Assembly: GCA_965207355.1 (NCBI GenBank)
Contig: OZ242284.1
Location: 40,992 to 104,991, forward strand
Reading direction: 5' to 3'
DNA: 64,000 nt
Source of the DNA: Dehalococcoidia bacterium
Lineage (GTDB): Bacteria; Chloroflexota; Dehalococcoidia; Lucifugimonadales; UBA1123
Both the position numbers and the translations under genes were made by a program. The notes below the pieces were generated by a model that was not told the origin of the DNA, made no database searches, and saw only the letters and a program-made list of their open reading frames with translations. This document shows positions 35,431 through 45,002 of this stretch, in pieces. How positions within the stretch are numbered: the first letter of the stretch is position 1; every line of letters begins with the position of its first letter.

Positions 35431-37938
35431 ATGTATGTGGATCAGAAAGTCAGCGGGTCGGAGCAAGTCAACCATGAGGAAGATCTGCTGAGGCAATTCG
35501 AGCAGATGTTCACCGGCTCGTCTCAGGAGATTCGGACAAAGGCTGCCAGACTCCTGATGACGCTGGATAGCAACGGAAAGAACGGAGACAGTACGACGGA
35601 CGAGGAAGCCGTACTGTCCGAGAATGCACGGGTTATCCTGGAGCAACGCTATCTGAGAAAGGACGCAGATGGAAACGCCATAGAGACTCCAGAAGAACTC
35701 TTCAGGCGGGTAGCCCACGCGGTGGCGCAGGGCGAGTCGAACGGACTGGAGTCGCTGTGGGAAAACAGGTTCTATAAACTGCTGACCTCTATGAGATTCC
35801 TGCCGAATTCCCCCACCCTGGTGAACGCAGGCACGGGGCGCGGATGCCTGTCGGCGTGCTTCGTGGTAACGCCCGATGACAACATGGAGTCCATAATGGA
35901 GGTGGCCCACGATGCCGCGATGATAGAGAAGTGGGGAGGCGGAATCGGTTTCGGGCTGTCCAAGCTGCGTCCTCGCAATGACATGATAAAGACGACTCAT
36001 GGCAACGCCTGCGGGCCTATCGCGGTTATGAAGCTCTACTCGGCAGTCGGCGCGACGCTGACGCAGGGGGCATTCAGGCTTGGCGCGCATATGGGGCAGA
36101 TCCGTGACTCGCATCCCGACATCCGCGAGTTCATACATTGCAAGGACAATGACGACACGCTCCAGAACTTCAACATATCGGTGCAGATTACCGATGAGTT
36201 TATGAGGGCCGTGGAGGCTGACGAGGAGTGGGCGCTGATCAACCCGCGTGACGAGGGCAAGGGGCCGGCGAACTCTGTGATAGAGACCATAAGGGCGCGG
36301 GAACTGTGGAACGAGATAGCGGAGTCGGCATGGAAGACCGGAGACCCAGGCGTGGTGTTCATAGACAGGGTATGGGAGACCGCTCCGAATCCGCAGATGG
36401 GCAGGATCGAGACAAGCAATCCATGTGGCGAAGAGTTTCTCGAGAACTACGGCAACTGCTGCCTCGGTTCGATCAATCTCGACATACACGTGAGGGATGG
36501 TGAATTCGACTGGGAAACGCTGGAAGACACCGTGAGGACATCGGTACGGTTCCTGGACGACGTCATCAACATCAACACTTTCCCGTTGCAGAGACTGCGA
36601 AAGGTCAACCTGGCGACGCGGCGTATCGGACTGGGTGTCATGGGCTGGGCGGACGCACTGGTCAGAATGGGACTGTCATACGACTCACAGGAAGCGCTCG
36701 ACCTGGCAGACGGACTTGGCGGCTTCGTTCAGCGAATCGCATGGGACGAGTCGGCGAAGTTGGCGGAAGACCGAGGCCCGTTCCCGGAGTATGAGCGCTC
36801 CGCTCTCAAGCAGCGCGGAATGCCGCCGGTGCGAAATTCCAGCATAGTCACGATAGCTCCCACTGGAACGATCAGCAGAATAGCGGGCTGTTCCAGCGGG
36901 ATCGAGCCTCACTTTGCGCTGGCCTGGTGGTCGAACGTTCTGTGGAAGGATCACGAAGGCACGAGTTCGCGTCTGCTCGACGCGCCCACTTCGATTACGG
37001 AGTCTCTCAAGGAGCATCTTGGCGATAATGAGAGTGTGCGTCGCGTTCTGGAGCAGATTGTGGATGCCCCGGAAGACGCGGAAAGCATCCTGAATGAACA
37101 TGGATTGAACTCGTCGGTCTATCGCACTTCTATGGCAATCAGCCCCGAGGCGCACGTGAGGATGCAGGCGGCCTGGCAGAAGCACGTCACTAACTCGGTA
37201 TCCAAGACTATCAACCTGCCAAACAGCGCTACGGTTGACGAGGTACGCGAGGCTTATGAACTGGCATGGAAGACAGACTGTAAGGCGGTCACGGTCTATC
37301 GCGATGGATCCAAGTCCATGCAGGTGCTGGAGACGGGTTCGGACGTTGAGAGCGAGGAAGAAACGAGCGAGTCCGTCATACTGGCTCCCAGGACGCGGCC
37401 TATCTCGGTCAGAGGGGTTACCGACCTGGTGAGAACCGGGCACGGCAATATGTACGTCAACATAACGTTCGACGAGGATGGGAAGCCGTTCGAGGTCTTC
37501 TCTACGGTGGGAAAGGCCGGTGGTTGCGATTCGGCCAATCTGGAGGCAGTGGCGCGGCTTGTATCCCTAGCGCTGAGGTCGGGAATAGACCCGGATGAGA
37601 TAATACATCACCTCCAGGGGATCACCTGCTGTCCGGCCTGGGACGGTGGTACGTTGATTCGTTCCGCGCCCGACGCAATGGCCCATGTTCTCGCCAACCA
37701 CCTGGGTGCCTCGCATGAAGCGATTGTGGGTCCTTCGGAAGAGCAGACAGCCACCGCCGTCCAGCCCGGACTGTTCCCGTCCATCGGACGAACCAACGGG
37801 CACATGGGCAGCAATAGCAATGGGAACGGGGCCATCTCGATCCCGGTAGCGTTACGGTGTCCGAAGTGTCCAGCGAGGCTCATTCCACAGGAAGGTTGTC
37901 TTAACTGCCTGGACTGCGGATACAGCAAGTGCGAGTAG
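35431..37938 (+). CDS. nrdJ: class II (adenosylcobalamin-dependent) ribonucleotide reductase
   Basis: 835 aa. 'FLPNSPTLVNAG', 'SNPCGEEFL', 'CCLGSINL', 'KTINLP', and a C-terminal zinc ribbon 'CPKCPARLIPQEGCLNCLDCG'. Confidence 0.9.
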   Translation: MYVDQKVSGSEQVNHEEDLLRQFEQMFTGSSQEIRTKAARLLMTLDSNGKNGDSTTDEEAVLSENARVILEQRYLRKDADGNAIETPEELFRRVAHAVAQGESNGLESLWENRFYKLLTSMRFLPNSPTLVNAGTGRGCLSACFVVTPDDNMESIMEVAHDAAMIEKWGGGIGFGLSKLRPRNDMIKTTHGNACGPIAVMKLYSAVGATLTQGAFRLGAHMGQIRDSHPDIREFIHCKDNDDTLQNFNISVQITDEFMRAVEADEEWALINPRDEGKGPANSVIETIRARELWNEIAESAWKTGDPGVVFIDRVWETAPNPQMGRIETSNPCGEEFLENYGNCCLGSINLDIHVRDGEFDWETLEDTVRTSVRFLDDVININTFPLQRLRKVNLATRRIGLGVMGWADALVRMGLSYDSQEALDLADGLGGFVQRIAWDESAKLAEDRGPFPEYERSALKQRGMPPVRNSSIVTIAPTGTISRIAGCSSGIEPHFALAWWSNVLWKDHEGTSSRLLDAPTSITESLKEHLGDNESVRRVLEQIVDAPEDAESILNEHGLNSSVYRTSMAISPEAHVRMQAAWQKHVTNSVSKTINLPNSATVDEVREAYELAWKTDCKAVTVYRDGSKSMQVLETGSDVESEEETSESVILAPRTRPISVRGVTDLVRTGHGNMYVNITFDEDGKPFEVFSTVGKAGGCDSANLEAVARLVSLALRSGIDPDEIIHHLQGITCCPAWDGGTLIRSAPDAMAHVLANHLGASHEAIVGPSEEQTATAVQPGLFPSIGRTNGHMGSNSNGNGAISIPVALRCPKCPARLIPQEGCLNCLDCGYSKCE

Positions 37939-37973
37939 TCCGCCAGCATCGGCGTTTATGGTGATATAATGAA

Positions 37974-38013
37974 TTGAGCCAGCCTACACCAGCAGGCTGG
38001 CTCAATCTCTTTG
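37974..38013 (+). terminator. rho-independent terminator after nrdJ
   Basis: Perfect 12-bp stem ttgagccagcct/aggctggctcaa, loop 'acaccagc', then 'tctctttg'. Confidence 0.75.
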
Positions 38014-38035
38014 ACCACATGGAGGCATTTATCCG

Positions 38036-39043
38036 ATGAGCGAACGACCACTGGTCGCCATCACGATGGGCGACGCCGCCGGAATAGGCGCGGAAGTGAC
38101 CGCGAAGGCGCTTCAGGATGAGTGGGTCTATGAAAAGTGCAGACCATTCGTCGTAGGAAGCGTGGCGGCGATGAACTCTGCGCTCGAACTCATAGGCGCA
38201 CCGGGCTCCGCTCGTATAGTCCATGACATAGGGAACGTAGATGGCAGTCATGGTTCGATAGATGTATTGGACCTCGAGAATCTGGACTTCGGACAGATCT
38301 CATACGGTGAGCTATCCCCAATTGCGGGTCGAGCCTCGGTCGAGTGGATTCTGCGGGCAGGAGAACTGGCCGCAAGCGGTCAGATCGCAGCCATCTCTAC
38401 CGCGCCCATCAACAAGGAGGCGTGCGATCTAGCGGGATTTGAGGATGTCGGCCACATGGAGATATTCCAGAGCCAGACCAAGGCTCCCAACGTCGCCACT
38501 ATGTTGATGGCAGGCACTCTGCGAGTCGTACACTTGACGACACACCGCTCTCTGCGTGTAGCCTGCGACTACGTTACCAGAGACAACGTGCTGAGCAAGA
38601 TCGCTCTGACTGACGAATGCTTCCGGGCGTGGGGATTCGACAGTCCCCGAATAGGGGTGGCTGCACTCAACCCGCACGCATCAGACGGCGGCCTTCTCGG
38701 AGACGAGGAAGCGAAGCAGATTGCTCCCGCTGTGTCCGAAGCCTTTGAAGCGGGCATAGACGCCACCGGCCCAGTCCCTGCGGACACTGTGTTCAATCAG
38801 GCTATTGACGGTAAGTTCGACGCGGTAATCGCGATGTACCACGATCAGGGGCACATCCCTATCAAGGTGCATGACTGGGCGAAGAGCGTCAGCGTCAATC
38901 TCGGTCTGCCTTTCATAAGGACATCGGTGGATCATGGCACCGCATTCGACATTGCGGGCAAGGGAATTGCCGATGCCGAGAGTATGCTGGAGTCCATCAG
39001 GACGGCGGTCTCCCTCGCAAGTGACTCCGTACTTCCCCGATGA
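38036..39043 (+). CDS. pdxA: 4-hydroxythreonine-4-phosphate dehydrogenase family (PdxA/PdxA2)
   Basis: 335 aa. 'ITMGDAAGIG', 'GHMEI', 'LNPHASDGG', 'MYHDQGHIPIK', 'RTSVDHGTAFDIAGKG'. Confidence 0.85.
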   Translation: MSERPLVAITMGDAAGIGAEVTAKALQDEWVYEKCRPFVVGSVAAMNSALELIGAPGSARIVHDIGNVDGSHGSIDVLDLENLDFGQISYGELSPIAGRASVEWILRAGELAASGQIAAISTAPINKEACDLAGFEDVGHMEIFQSQTKAPNVATMLMAGTLRVVHLTTHRSLRVACDYVTRDNVLSKIALTDECFRAWGFDSPRIGVAALNPHASDGGLLGDEEAKQIAPAVSEAFEAGIDATGPVPADTVFNQAIDGKFDAVIAMYHDQGHIPIKVHDWAKSVSVNLGLPFIRTSVDHGTAFDIAGKGIADAESMLESIRTAVSLASDSVLPR

Positions 39044-39774
39044 CCAGCGGCGCGGTTGACATCACAGCCGACCTGATACAGCGACTCCAGAAGGTCAGGG
39101 CACTGACCGACTCGTCCGTCCCGGGTGAAGCGGCCGCGGCCGCGGCCAGGCTCCAGGAGATACTTCTCAAATACAATCTGGAGATGGAGGACATCGAAGA
39201 TGACTCGCCCGTATCGGACGACAAGTACGTCAAGGAGGAACTCGAACTCGGTGTAACGTCCGGGAATATGATCAATTGGCGCAGGATTCTGTTGAGTGGA
39301 ATTGCGCGCTCCCTCATGTGCGCCGCTTTCGGCTACCAGGGTACTCGGCAGATGGTCATAGTAGGGCAGATGCATAATATAGAAATGTCCAGGCACTTCT
39401 ACGACTACCTTTCTTCGGAGATTGATCGTCTGGCCGACGTGACGTGGGAGAAGGCGCAATATAAGTCGCGAGAGCACGCGCGCAGTTGGAAGAGTTCGTT
39501 CTACAACGGCGCGGTGGATATTGTCGTTCAGCGACTAGAAGAAAAGTATCAGCAGGTGTCGAAACAAGACAGTCATACGCAGGCATTGGTTCTGAAGAAC
39601 GAGCGGGACCTGGATGATGCCGTGGGAAACTTGGTTGGCAGAGTCAGAAAGAATACCGTCCGACAGAGGTATAGCAAGGCAGGGTACAGCCGAGGGGTGC
39701 GAGCAGGAAAGAGGATGAACCTGGACCGGCCGGTTGACGGGGACGGGGGATCAAATCGCCTACGTGGTTCGTAA
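39040..39774 (+). CDS. DUF2786-like protein (244 aa)
   Basis: The N-terminal 'LIQRLQKVRALTDSSVPGEAAAAAARLQEILLKYNLEMEDI' pattern is typical of DUF2786. The ATG overlaps the pdxA stop (ATGA at 39040-39043). Confidence 0.6.
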   Translation: MTSGAVDITADLIQRLQKVRALTDSSVPGEAAAAAARLQEILLKYNLEMEDIEDDSPVSDDKYVKEELELGVTSGNMINWRRILLSGIARSLMCAAFGYQGTRQMVIVGQMHNIEMSRHFYDYLSSEIDRLADVTWEKAQYKSREHARSWKSSFYNGAVDIVVQRLEEKYQQVSKQDSHTQALVLKNERDLDDAVGNLVGRVRKNTVRQRYSKAGYSRGVRAGKRMNLDRPVDGDGGSNRLRGS

Positions 39775-39816
39775 AGAGTTGGAGAGTCAGCTTCATCTAT
39801 TGCATATATCAGGAAC

Positions 39817-40623
39817 ATGGGAATGAAAATAGCATTTATCGGCGGCGGAGTTATGGCAGAGGCCATCATCGGCGGGATAGTGGATGCCGGGATCACGCCG
39901 GCGGGCAGCATCAGTGTCGGTGAGCCGGTCGAATCCAGACGCCAATATCTGGAAGACACATACGGGCTGACCACCCATGTGGACAATCTTGAAGCGGTGG
40001 ATGGGGCGAGCCTGACGGTTCTGGCGGTGAAGCCGCAGAGTCTGCCGCATGTTTTCCCGCAGCTTGCCGGGAAGTTGTCCGAAGACAACACGGTGCTGTC
40101 CATAGTGGCCGGAGCGAATATGACGACGCTTACGTCGGGACTGGCGCATGACACGGTGATCAGGGTCATGCCCAATACACCGGCGCAGATAGGCGCGGGG
40201 ATGACGATGTGGATCGCGTCGGATTCGGTTTCAGAGGCTGCGAAGGACGCCACGCGCAGCATCCTTCGGACGCTTGGCGAAGAGGTCTATGCCCACGACG
40301 AAGGCATGATAGACATGGCGACCGCGCTGAGCGCGAGCGGGCCTGCCTACGTGTTCCTGTTCATAGAGGCGCTGATAGACGCGGGCGTGTACCTGGGTCT
40401 TGCGCGGGACGTGTCGCGGCAACTAGCGCTTCAGACCGTTCTGGGCAGCACGCAACTCGTCAAGGACAGCGGCAAGCATCCGGCGGAACTCAAAGACATG
40501 GTCACCTCTCCTGGAGGAACGACTATCGAGGCGCTAAAGGCGTTCGAGGACGGCGGATTCAGGGCCGCTGTGTTCGGAGCGGTCAGCGCGGCATATGAAA
40601 AGTCCCGGGCACTGGGAGGATAG
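39817..40623 (+). CDS. proC: pyrroline-5-carboxylate reductase
   Basis: 268 aa. 'IAFIGGGVMAEAI', 'MPNTPAQIGAG', 'SPGGTTIEAL'. Confidence 0.9.
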   Translation: MGMKIAFIGGGVMAEAIIGGIVDAGITPAGSISVGEPVESRRQYLEDTYGLTTHVDNLEAVDGASLTVLAVKPQSLPHVFPQLAGKLSEDNTVLSIVAGANMTTLTSGLAHDTVIRVMPNTPAQIGAGMTMWIASDSVSEAAKDATRSILRTLGEEVYAHDEGMIDMATALSASGPAYVFLFIEALIDAGVYLGLARDVSRQLALQTVLGSTQLVKDSGKHPAELKDMVTSPGGTTIEALKAFEDGGFRAAVFGAVSAAYEKSRALGG

Positions 40624-40624
40624 G

Positions 40625-40891
40625 TTGACCAATTACCTAGTACAGTTCATCAACATTCTGGTCAACATTCTTCTGATTGCGATAGTGGCCAGGGCGTTGA
40701 TGTCGTGGTTTCCTCCACCGAGTCAAGATAGTCCGTTCTTTGTAATTCGGCAGATGATTAACCAGATCACGGACCCGATCATAGAGCCCATCCGACGGAT
40801 CATGCCCAGCATGGGGATGCTAGACCTGTCACCGATGGTCGCCATGATCCTGCTCATCATAATCAGAGCTATCCTGTTGAGGGTACTCTAG
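40625..40891 (+). CDS. YggT family membrane protein
   Basis: Likely TTG start at 40625, just after the proC stop. 'ILLIAIVARALMSWFPP' and 'DLSPMVAMILL' are typical of YggT. Confidence 0.7.
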   Translation: MTNYLVQFINILVNILLIAIVARALMSWFPPPSQDSPFFVIRQMINQITDPIIEPIRRIMPSMGMLDLSPMVAMILLIIIRAILLRVL

Positions 40892-41148
40892 GCGCCTCTG
40901 ATAAGCCTAATGGCATCCTCTCGGTCCATTCCCGCGATTCGGACTACCTTACTGCGAGACGCGTGTCCACGGACGATGCCTACATCGGACTTGGCAACTC
41001 CAAGTTTGGCGGCGAGCAGCTTAACCACGGCGTCGTTCGCCCTGCCCTTATCAGGCGGGGCGGTTACTCGGACTCTGACAGTTCCGTCGCCGCCGATTTC
41101 GACGGAACTGCGACTGGCCCTGGGCTGAACACGGATGTCGAGTTCCAT
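40888..41148 (-). CDS. DUF167 (YggU) family protein
   Basis: 86 aa. 'VQPRASRSSV...VRVTAPPDKGRANDAVVKLLAKLGV...V.IVRGHASRSKVVRI'. Confidence 0.75.
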   Translation of the reverse strand: MELDIRVQPRASRSSVEIGGDGTVRVRVTAPPDKGRANDAVVKLLAAKLGVAKSDVGIVRGHASRSKVVRIAGMDREDAIRLIRGA

Positions 41149-41149
41149 G

Positions 41150-41908
41150 CTAGGCGTGAGCCAACGCGCCTCCGTCTATGAAGATGGTCTGGCCGGTCAC
41201 GAAGTCGCAGGCGTCGGAGGACAGATAGACGACCAGCGCGGCCAAGTCGTTGGGGTGCCCCTTGCGGCGAGACGGCAGGTAGCGGACGAGAAGCTCTCTC
41301 TGGTCTTCTTCGGACGGCTCTTCGGGCGTTACCCAGCCTGCGCCGACTCCGTTTACGCGGATGCCCTGCCTTCCCCATTCGAGGGCGAGCGAGGATGTCA
41401 TCTGGTGTATCGCGCCCTGGGCTGCGCATACGGCGACCGAGTTCCACAGGCCGCGCTGGGACAGGCCTGAACCGATGTTTACGATGTGTCCGCTTCCCTG
41501 ATCCAGCATATGGGAGCCCACGGCCTGGCAGGTAAGGAACATGGACTTGAACGTGAAGTCCATGTATTTGTCCCACTCGTCTTCTGAGACATTCTCGAAA
41601 CGCTTGCCGAATTCGGCGCGGGCGTTATTGACGAGTATATCCACTCCGCCCAGACTTTCGACAGTGGCAGTAACCATGTCCTGGACGGATGATGAGTCGG
41701 TGAGGTCGGTGGGGATTGCGACGGCATTGCGTCCGTGGCTCTCGACCGCAGCTGCGGCCTCGTTCATGTCCGAGGACTCGGAACCGGCGACGGCGACGTC
41801 AGCGCCCGCCTCGGCCAGCGCGGCGGCCAGGTAGAGTGTCCAGCCCCTGCTGTCCGCGGTTATGATGGCTTTCTTTCCGGTCAGGTCCCATTCGCTTGGT
41901 ATTGGCAT
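41150..41908 (-). CDS. SDR family oxidoreductase
   Basis: 252 aa. Rossmann N-terminus, 'NNARAEFG', 'YCAAQGA'-type Y..K region, 'IRVNGVGAGW'. Confidence 0.82.
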   Translation of the reverse strand: MPIPSEWDLTGKKAIITADSRGWTLYLAAALAEAGADVAVAGSESSDMNEAAAAVESHGRNAVAIPTDLTDSSSVQDMVTATVESLGGVDILVNNARAEFGKRFENVSEDEWDKYMDFTFKSMFLTCQAVGSHMLDQGSGHIVNIGSGLSQRGLWNSVAVCAAQGAIHQMTSSLALEWGRQGIRVNGVGAGWVTPEEPSEEDQRELLVRYLPSRRKGHPNDLAALVVYLSSDACDFVTGQTIFIDGGALAHA

Positions 41909-42016
41909 TGGTTTCCTCGGTGTGAGTTCTTAGTTATCAGTGATCGGTTGTCAGTATTCAATTGGACGAGGGGGACCACAAGGGACGCCCCTCCTAATGA
42001 CTGGATATTGAATTCT

Positions 42017-42829
42017 CTATACAGTCAGGGGGATTTCGGGGGCGTGACCGGTTGGGGCATAGCCTCCTGCCAGGCCGCCGCCGTCTATGGCAAACGCTTC
42101 TCCGTTCATGTAGTCGGACGCGGATGAAGCGAGGAATACAGCGACCGCTCCGATTTCGTGAGGGTGCCCAACCCTGCCTATGGGTATAAACTCGCCCCTG
42201 GGCAGCGTGAGCCTGGACTCGTCGGTGCCTTCGGTGGGGATGAATCCCGGGACTATGCAGGTACTCGTTATCCCGTAGCGGCTGAGGCTCGTGGCGAGCG
42301 TTCGCGTTAGCTGGACGATGCCGCCCTTGCCGACGCAGTACATATAGTTGTCGCGCCCTCCTCTGTATCCAAAGCCCGATGACAGGTTGATGATCTTCCC
42401 GCTGCCGCGCTCCACCATGTGCCTGGCGATGGCGCGGGAGCAGTAGAACGCGCTGGACATATTGGTGTCTATGCCGAGATGCCAGTCCTCGTCTGAGATT
42501 TCCCAGATGGGTGTCGCGCCTTGGCCCCTGACGATTCCGGCGTTGTTGAACAGCACGTCCACCTTGCCGAGTTCGGATATGGCAGACTCCATGAGCGCGT
42601 TGACCTGTGCGGAGTCGGTGACGTCGGTGGAGATCGCGACGCCCTTGCGTCCGAGATCGCACACCATGTCGGCGACTTCCTGTATGGGGCCGATTCTGCG
42701 GGAGGCGATTACGAGGTCGGCGCCAGCTCGCGCCATGGCGAGGGTCATCTCCCTTCCGAGTCCGGTGCCGCCGCCTGTGATTACTACGCTCTTACCTTCG
42801 AGGCTGAGCTTTTCTTCTAGCATGTTCAT
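42017..42829 (-). CDS. SDR family oxidoreductase
   Basis: 270 aa. 'VVITGGGTGLGREM', 'NNAGI', 'YCVGKGG'. Confidence 0.85.
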   Translation of the reverse strand: MNMLEEKLSLEGKSVVITGGGTGLGREMTLAMARAGADLVIASRRIGPIQEVADMVCDLGRKGVAISTDVTDSAQVNALMESAISELGKVDVLFNNAGIVRGQGATPIWEISDEDWHLGIDTNMSSAFYCSRAIARHMVERGSGKIINLSSGFGYRGGRDNYMYCVGKGGIVQLTRTLATSLSRYGITSTCIVPGFIPTEGTDESRLTLPRGEFIPIGRVGHPHEIGAVAVFLASSASDYMNGEAFAIDGGGLAGGYAPTGHAPEIPLTV

Positions 42830-42872
42830 TCTCCGGTTTTTGTATGAATCAGGATTTGCGGGATGTTGGGGA

Positions 42873-43649
42873 TTATACTTGGGATGTTACTTCACCTGCC
42901 ACCACCGTTACTCTCTCGCCGTCAGGCTGGAGAAGGGTGAGGTTTCCCTGGTCGTCAACGGACTCGGCGAGTCCAGTGAGGACCTGATCGCGCCAGCGGA
43001 GTTCGACCCGCTTTCCGAGTGTCTCAAGGGTAGCGGCCCAGTCTTCGGTTAGTGATTCGCCGGACCTGACGCGAGCGTACCAGGTGTCGATGTTCTTGAG
43101 GACGGAGTGGAGCGCTTCGGAGCGGTCGAACTCGCGTCCGGCCTCGGAGCGGAGGCTCGTGGCGGTGTCGGCTATCTCGGGATGCTCGGACACGTCGAGG
43201 TTCACGTTTACTCCTATTCCAACCAGCGCGTGGGAGAGGCTGTCGCCCTCGAACTCGGTCTCGATGAGAATGCCGGACAGTTTCCTCCCGCCTATCCTGA
43301 CGTCGTTGGGCCACTTAACGGCCGGCTTGAGTCTTGGGATCTGGGCAACGGTGTCGAATACTGCGAGGGCGGCTGCCATGTTCATATAGGGGAGTTGGTC
43401 GGGTTCGGGCCGGAGAAGAACGGTGAAGTAGAGGTTGAGGCCGGGTGGGGATACCCACACCCGGTTGAAGCGTCCCCGGCCCTTGTTCTGTTCCTCTGCG
43501 ATGACGACCGCACCCTCGCGCTCGCCGTCATGGGCAAGGTCCCTCGCCGTGTCCATGGTAGAGCCGAGTACCCGGTGGTAGTGAATTCTGTGGCCAACGA
43601 CGGAGTTGGATAGGGCCGTCTGAATTCGTGCAACGTTGATAGAGTGCAT
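42873..43649 (-). CDS. birA: biotin--[acetyl-CoA-carboxylase] ligase
   Basis: Start taken at 'MHSINV' (cat at 43647-43649), just downstream of the preceding stop. 'GRGRFNRVWVSPPG' and 'KWPNDV'. Confidence 0.85.
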   Translation of the reverse strand: MHSINVARIQTALSNSVVGHRIHYHRVLGSTMDTARDLAHDGEREGAVVIAEEQNKGRGRFNRVWVSPPGLNLYFTVLLRPEPDQLPYMNMAAALAVFDTVAQIPRLKPAVKWPNDVRIGGRKLSGILIETEFEGDSLSHALVGIGVNVNLDVSEHPEIADTATSLRSEAGREFDRSEALHSVLKNIDTWYARVRSGESLTEDWAATLETLGKRVELRWRDQVLTGLAESVDDQGNLTLLQPDGERVTVVAGEVTSQV

Positions 43650-43654
43650 AGCCT

Positions 43655-44041
43655 TCAGTCCGCCTCCGGGATTAGTTCGACGAGCTTGCTGCCGCGCACC
43701 CACGTCTCGACATCCAGGCCCTGACCCTGCCGGAAAGCGGACTGGGCGCTTAGACGGGTGAACACGTCGCGCCGCTCAGCCTCGCCAGTGATCGGACGGG
43801 CGCGGACGGGAATGTCGGTCTTCACGTCGTCCTTGAGGTGCAGGGTGACTTGAGGGTTGGCGTAGAGGTTGGCATACCAACTGCGCGGGCCGGGAGAGGC
43901 GGCGAGATAGAGTTGGCCGTCCATGAGGTGGCACCATATCTCGATGCGGCGCGGGTCGCCGGTCCTGCGTCCTATGGTCGTGATGTCAACGACCATATCG
44001 ATGCTGAGGGCGTCTCGGATGTTCTGGTCCAAGTTCTGCAT
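43655..44041 (-). CDS. deazaflavin (F420)-dependent nitroreductase-like / PNPOx-fold protein
   Basis: 128 aa. 'TTIGRRTGDPRRIEIW', 'YLAASPGPRSWYANLYANPQVTL'. Confidence 0.65.
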   Translation of the reverse strand: MQNLDQNIRDALSIDMVVDITTIGRRTGDPRRIEIWCHLMDGQLYLAASPGPRSWYANLYANPQVTLHLKDDVKTDIPVRARPITGEAERRDVFTRLSAQSAFRQGQGLDVETWVRGSKLVELIPEAD

Positions 44042-44470
44042 TGGGATGTCTCCTATATATCCTACTTTATGTATTCTGGAATTCTGCTGGAGGCTGCGCA
44101 GGCGGGCTGCAGGTTGTCTGCAGGCTGTCGTGGTAGGGATGTGTTACCAGCATTCCACCTGCAAATACCTGTATTTCCCAGTTCAGAGAGTTTTTAGGGT
44201 TGCTTAGAGATTCGTTCATAAATTCTGCCATATGGCGCGTACTAATGTTCTTTGCGTGTGGATGGATTGTAGCACAGTAGTCGTGGGGTTTGATATAGCA
44301 AGCCTGAGAATCCGATTGACCGCCAAATTTAGGGGTGATATTATTATGTGAAAGTATGCACTAATCGGCGCGGCAGACTGTGCGCCGATCGGTTTGCTTC
44401 CAAGGGCGTGGCTGTGTAGAGATGCCGCGCCCTCTGTCCGAAATCGGATAACATCCGTCGCGAGGGGGAA

Positions 44471-44938
44471 ATGTTGAAAAAGCTTGCTGCCCTGACACTC
44501 ATGGCATGTGCAATCTTTACGGTGATAGTGGCCTGCGGTCAACCGGTACCTACGGAGCCATCGAAAGTAACCATTCATCGCGCGTCGCCCCCTATTCCGC
44601 CTCCGGCCCCTACGGTCGCGCCTGATCAGAATGGTGAGGGTACCGAAGCGCTTGTGGGGACGCCGTTCACCGTCAGAATGATTGATAACGGCGGAGCGGG
44701 CCCATTCGCCTACGAACCGGTTGACCTGACCTTCAGTGTTGGGGAAATAGTGAACTTCACCTTCATAGGCGAGGACGCCTTTCACACTTTTACGGTTCCG
44801 GACCTCGATATAGACGTAGAAGTGGAAGCTGGCGAAACTACCGGGTTGGACTTCAAGTTCGAGGTCGCCGGGATCTACGAGCTTACTTGCATCCCGCACG
44901 AGGCGCTCGGCATGGTCGGGACGATTACTGTCAAGTAA
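44471..44938 (+). CDS. cupredoxin (plastocyanin/azurin-like) lipoprotein
   Basis: 155 aa. Lipobox 'VIVAC', then type-1 Cu ligands '...HTF...' and 'CIPHEALGM'. Confidence 0.72.
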   Translation: MLKKLAALTLMACAIFTVIVACGQPVPTEPSKVTIHRASPPIPPPAPTVAPDQNGEGTEALVGTPFTVRMIDNGGAGPFAYEPVDLTFSVGEIVNFTFIGEDAFHTFTVPDLDIDVEVEAGETTGLDFKFEVAGIYELTCIPHEALGMVGTITVK

Positions 44939-45002
44939 TACTGTAGAAAGGCGTCGTAACGGGGTTTTGTCGGACCTGGAGATCTGGCCGAGCGAACCCT
45001 TT

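Noticed and set aside
35383-36489. 368-aa minus-strand ORF
   Set aside because: Antisense to nrdJ, whose catalytic motifs are clear. Its composition is typical of shadow frames.
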